A DNA stretch of 64,000 nt from Alphaproteobacteria bacterium (GTDB taxonomy: Bacteria > Pseudomonadota > Alphaproteobacteria > MPNO01 > UBA830): the NCBI GenBank assembly GCA_965243135.1, contig OZ251539.1, forward strand, positions 896,001 to 960,000. The letters are read 5' to 3'. Of the stretch, positions 61,217 to 64,000 are shown in pieces. The first letter of the stretch is position 1, and each line of letters opens with the position of its first letter. Below the pieces are notes generated by a model. That model did not search any database. It saw nothing but the letters and a program-made list of their open reading frames with translations, and had not been told where the DNA came from. The position numbers and the translations under genes were made by a program.

Positions 61217-62761
61217 TCAGACGGTCTCGAACCTGAAATCCACGATGTTGCGCTCCTCCCGGCCGAACTCGATGCCGATCAGGTGGACCGGCACGCCCGG
61301 ACGCCGGTACTTGTCCGCGTAGCCGCGCTCCCGAATCTGCGCCAGCGCCCGGCCTTCCGGCTTCCCGTCCGCGACCTTGAACTCGAACAGGTAGACGCCG
61401 CCGTCGTACAGGACCGCCAGGTCCGAGCGGCCGCGCGCCGTGCTCTCCTCCGCGCGGACGTCCATCCCCGCCGCCACGAAGTGCGAGTAGAACACGCTGG
61501 CATAGTGCGCCTCGTAGCCGGCTATGCCCGTGTTCGCGTACCACTCGTTCGGGACGCTCGCCAGGAACGCCCGGAACAGCCGTTCGAGACCTGCGAAGTC
61601 GTTCGTCCGCATCAGGCGGCGCAACTCCCGGCTCTCTGCCGCGACCGCGACGCCCGGCGCCATCGCCTCCAGCAGGAGCGCGTTCAGGCTGCGCTTCACC
61701 TCCCGGTTCGGGTAGTCCAGCCGGTAGAGGGGCGCGTCCTCGTCCCGCTTCTCGTCGGCGATGGTCAGGTAGCCGGTCTGGAACAGCAGCGCCTCGACGG
61801 GAATGCGGTCGACGTCGACGGCCGACAGCAGGTCGTCGTCCGCGAACATGCCCTCCAGGGCCGGCGCCGAGACCCGGCGCCGCGCCAGAAGGTCGGCGAG
61901 GAAGGTCGGCGTGCCGCTCTGGAACCAGTACGGGCGGAACTCGCGCCGCCGAAACAGCAGCAGCAGGCCGAACGGGTTGTAGACCCTCTCCGGCCCGCGC
62001 CAGTTGTAGCCGTTGTACCAGCGGCGGACCTCGTCCCGGTCCAGACCCTCGAGTTCCGGGGCGAAGACCGCGTCCAACTCGTCGTCCGTGTAGCCGCAAA
62101 TGTCCGAGAACTCCGGCTCCAGCGTGACGTCGATCAGGTTGTTCAGGCCCGAGAAAATGCCCGCATGCGAGAACTTGCTCACCCCCGTCAGGAAAACGAA
62201 ACGCAACTGCTCGTCGCAGTCCTTGATCGCCCCGTACAGGCTGCGCAGGAAATCGCGGTTGGCCCGCGCCAGTTCCCGGTCGCCGAGCGCGTCCAGGATC
62301 GGCTTGTCGTATTCGTCGACCAGAACGACCACCTGCCGCCCGGTGCGCTCGTGCAGGGCCTCGATCAATTCCCCGAAACGGTTCGACGCCTCGACGGGAT
62401 CCGGTTCGAGGCCGGCGCGCCTCTCCGCTGCCGCCAGCTGCCTTTCCACGGTTATCCGAACCCCGTCAGGGACGACGAAATTGCCCCTGCCGAAGCTGAG
62501 CCGCACGACCGGATGGCGCGCCGACCAGTCCCACTCGTCGTGTACGGCGAGGCCCCGGAACAGCTCCTCGCTTCCCTCGAACAGCTTCTGCAGCGTGTCC
62601 ACCAGGAGGGTCTTGCCGAACCGGCGCGGACGCGACAGGAAATAGTACTTGCCCTTCTCGACGAGGCGGCGCACATGGTCCGTCTTGTCGACGTAGTAGC
62701 AGTCCCTCGTCCGGATTTCCCGGAGGGAAGTCATCCCGATCGGAAGCATGCGTCTTTCCAT
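61217..62761 (-). CDS. AAA-ATPase-like / PD-(D/E)XK nuclease protein, copy 4
   Basis: Same motifs; preceded by TTGACC-18 bp-TATTCT-6 bp-ATG. Confidence 0.9.
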   Translation of the reverse strand: MERRMLPIGMTSLREIRTRDCYYVDKTDHVRRLVEKGKYYFLSRPRRFGKTLLVDTLQKLFEGSEELFRGLAVHDEWDWSARHPVVRLSFGRGNFVVPDGVRITVERQLAAAERRAGLEPDPVEASNRFGELIEALHERTGRQVVVLVDEYDKPILDALGDRELARANRDFLRSLYGAIKDCDEQLRFVFLTGVSKFSHAGIFSGLNNLIDVTLEPEFSDICGYTDDELDAVFAPELEGLDRDEVRRWYNGYNWRGPERVYNPFGLLLLFRRREFRPYWFQSGTPTFLADLLARRRVSAPALEGMFADDDLLSAVDVDRIPVEALLFQTGYLTIADEKRDEDAPLYRLDYPNREVKRSLNALLLEAMAPGVAVAAESRELRRLMRTNDFAGLERLFRAFLASVPNEWYANTGIAGYEAHYASVFYSHFVAAGMDVRAEESTARGRSDLAVLYDGGVYLFEFKVADGKPEGRALAQIRERGYADKYRRPGVPVHLIGIEFGREERNIVDFRFETV

Positions 62762-62818
62762 TCGGCAAGAATAGGCCGCCGCAACGGAAACGGTCAAATT
62801 TATTTCAGACCTGAGGCA

Positions 62819-62872
62819 TGTTAGCAACGGATGATATGTCCCCCTGTCCGGATTTGGAACGCTTCCGGACCA
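62819..62872. repeat. Diverged inverted copy of the IS left-end repeat
   Basis: TGTTAGCAACGGATGATATGTCC...GGAACGCTTCCGGACC followed by QGLRKFE transposase-start remnant. Confidence 0.7.
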
Positions 62873-63057
62873 AGGAGATCGGCGACAGGGACTGAGGAAG
62901 TTCGAAACGGACGCACCCGTCAGGGTTCGCTCGAAGCCATGGGCGGCTCGCGAAAGCGAAACAAGAAACCCGGAAATGCAACGCAAAATCAGCGTATCCT
63001 GCCTTGCACCGGGATTGGAGGCGGAACAAGCAGGTCACCCCGCGACCGAACGCTTAC

Positions 63058-63182
63058 AGTCGATCGGATTCACGCTGGCGGCGCGCGCCTTTACAAGCAC
63101 GTCGTCCGGCCCCGGCTCGGGGTCCGGCAGGTCCGCGAGACGCGCCGAGACCGCCGTAGGCGTCGTAAACAAGGGCTTTCAT
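63058..63182 (-). pseudogene. MDR oxidoreductase N-terminal part
   Basis: MKALVYDAYGG / LPDPEPGPDDVLVKARAASVNPID, continues as DWKVR at 60484. Confidence 0.8.
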
Positions 63183-63216
63183 GCCGGATTCTCCCTGCGC
63201 CCGGGAAACGCCGATC

Positions 63217-63681
63217 TCACCAGTAACCCGCCATCAGTTCTCCGGCCCATTCCGGCTCCTCGACCTCGCTGCGCGGCGCGAAGCCCGTCATGTAGGGCTT
63301 GATGTCGATGACCGGCGTGCCGTCGACCGCGTCGAGGCCCCGCACGCGCAGCCTGCGGTCCGAGACGCCGAGAATCTCGCAGGTCGTCACGCCGACGAGG
63401 TTGGGGCGGTTCTTCCCGCGTTGCGCGAAGATGCCGACGAGCGGCCATTCCGGGTTGTTGCGGGGATGCCGGGCCCCCCATTCTATGGTTTCGGGATCGA
63501 CCTTGTCGAAGTGAAACACGACGACCGCGTGGGAAAACTGATCGAGGCTCGCCAGGGCCTCGGGTCCCAGCCTTTCGTCGAGCTCGATATACGCTTCGAT
63601 CGCCCCCCAGTCGTCGTTGACGACCTCGGCGCGTCCGCCGCGCACGGTTCCGACGGCTTCCAGTTCGATCTTCATGCCCAT
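63217..63681 (-). CDS. TrmO/TsaA-like SAM-binding protein
   Basis: GIFAQRGKNRPN, GLDAVDGTPVIDIKPY. Confidence 0.88.
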   Translation of the reverse strand: MGMKIELEAVGTVRGGRAEVVNDDWGAIEAYIELDERLGPEALASLDQFSHAVVVFHFDKVDPETIEWGARHPRNNPEWPLVGIFAQRGKNRPNLVGVTTCEILGVSDRRLRVRGLDAVDGTPVIDIKPYMTGFAPRSEVEEPEWAGELMAGYW

Positions 63682-63684
63682 GCT

Positions 63685-64000
63685 TCAATTCTCCGGTTCG
63701 GGTGGCAGTTCGATGCCGAAATGCCTTCGCAGCAGGTCGTCGATCAGGTCGAAGCACGAGCCGTAGCGGATCACCGTCATGTCGCCGACGTCGATCATGG
63801 TGGAAGACCGGCCGTAACGGTTCCAGCGCATCAGGCCGTAATCCAGAACGATGTCCGCCGTTTGGATGATTTCGGGTTCGATGTCTCCGGCGCGGAACTT
63901 GACGCCGCGCAGGGAGACGTTGGCCGAAGAGCCGATGACGAGCCGGTTGTCCGCGAAAGCGATCCGGGCAAGCGTATCCATCACGGGACCGGCGTTGAGC
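63685..64000 (-). CDS. Sua5/YrdC-like protein, C-terminal part (5' end beyond window)
   Basis: GSSANVS, SSTMID, VIRYG motifs. Confidence 0.6.
   Translation of the reverse strand, partial: LNAGPVMDTLARIAFADNRLVIGSSANVSLRGVKFRAGDIEPEIIQTADIVLDYGLMRWNRYGRSSTMIDVGDMTVIRYGSCFDLIDDLLRRHFGIELPPEPEN

Larger units (their letters stand above)
60485..63057. mobile_element. Non-autonomous IS66-ended cargo transposon
   Basis: Ends GTAAGCGTTCGG(C/T)CGCGGGGTGACCTG inverted (26/27); 8-bp direct repeat AGTCGATC at 60477-60484 and 63058-63065; no transposase inside. Confidence 0.88.

Noticed and set aside
30527-62761. Diversity-generating retroelement behind paralog variation
   Set aside because: No reverse transcriptase in the window; differences are block-like and not confined to adenines or the C-terminus
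1-64000. tRNA, rRNA or an integrase attachment site
   Set aside because: None recognised by eye; tRNAscan/Rfam not run

Overview
GC-rich bacterial window whose gene order (dnaB-alr-mlaE-mlaF-radA-cvpA-purF) suggests an alphaproteobacterium. It holds housekeeping genes (1-8.9 kb), many aromatic/acyl-CoA catabolic enzymes, a 1.6-kaa autotransporter preceded by a G14 tract, and several eroded accessory patches. The main signal is four paralogous AAA-ATPase/PD-(D/E)XK nuclease genes. Each has its own promoter placed for leaderless translation, the copies are sequence mosaics of one another, and three of the four sit next to a repeated ~55-bp IS left end. One copy is cargo of a transposase-free 2573-bp element (60485-63057) with IS66-type ends, ~140-bp imperfect inverted arms and an 8-bp target duplication; it split an oxidoreductase gene. 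Also resolved at base level: a DUF4338-ISAs1 element with a 9-bp TSD, a 116-bp TA-targeting MITE, a CTG-initiated alr, a frameshifted glcF, and an Lpp/OprI-like lipoprotein next to an L,D-transpeptidase. All family calls come from motif recognition by eye; no database searches were run.
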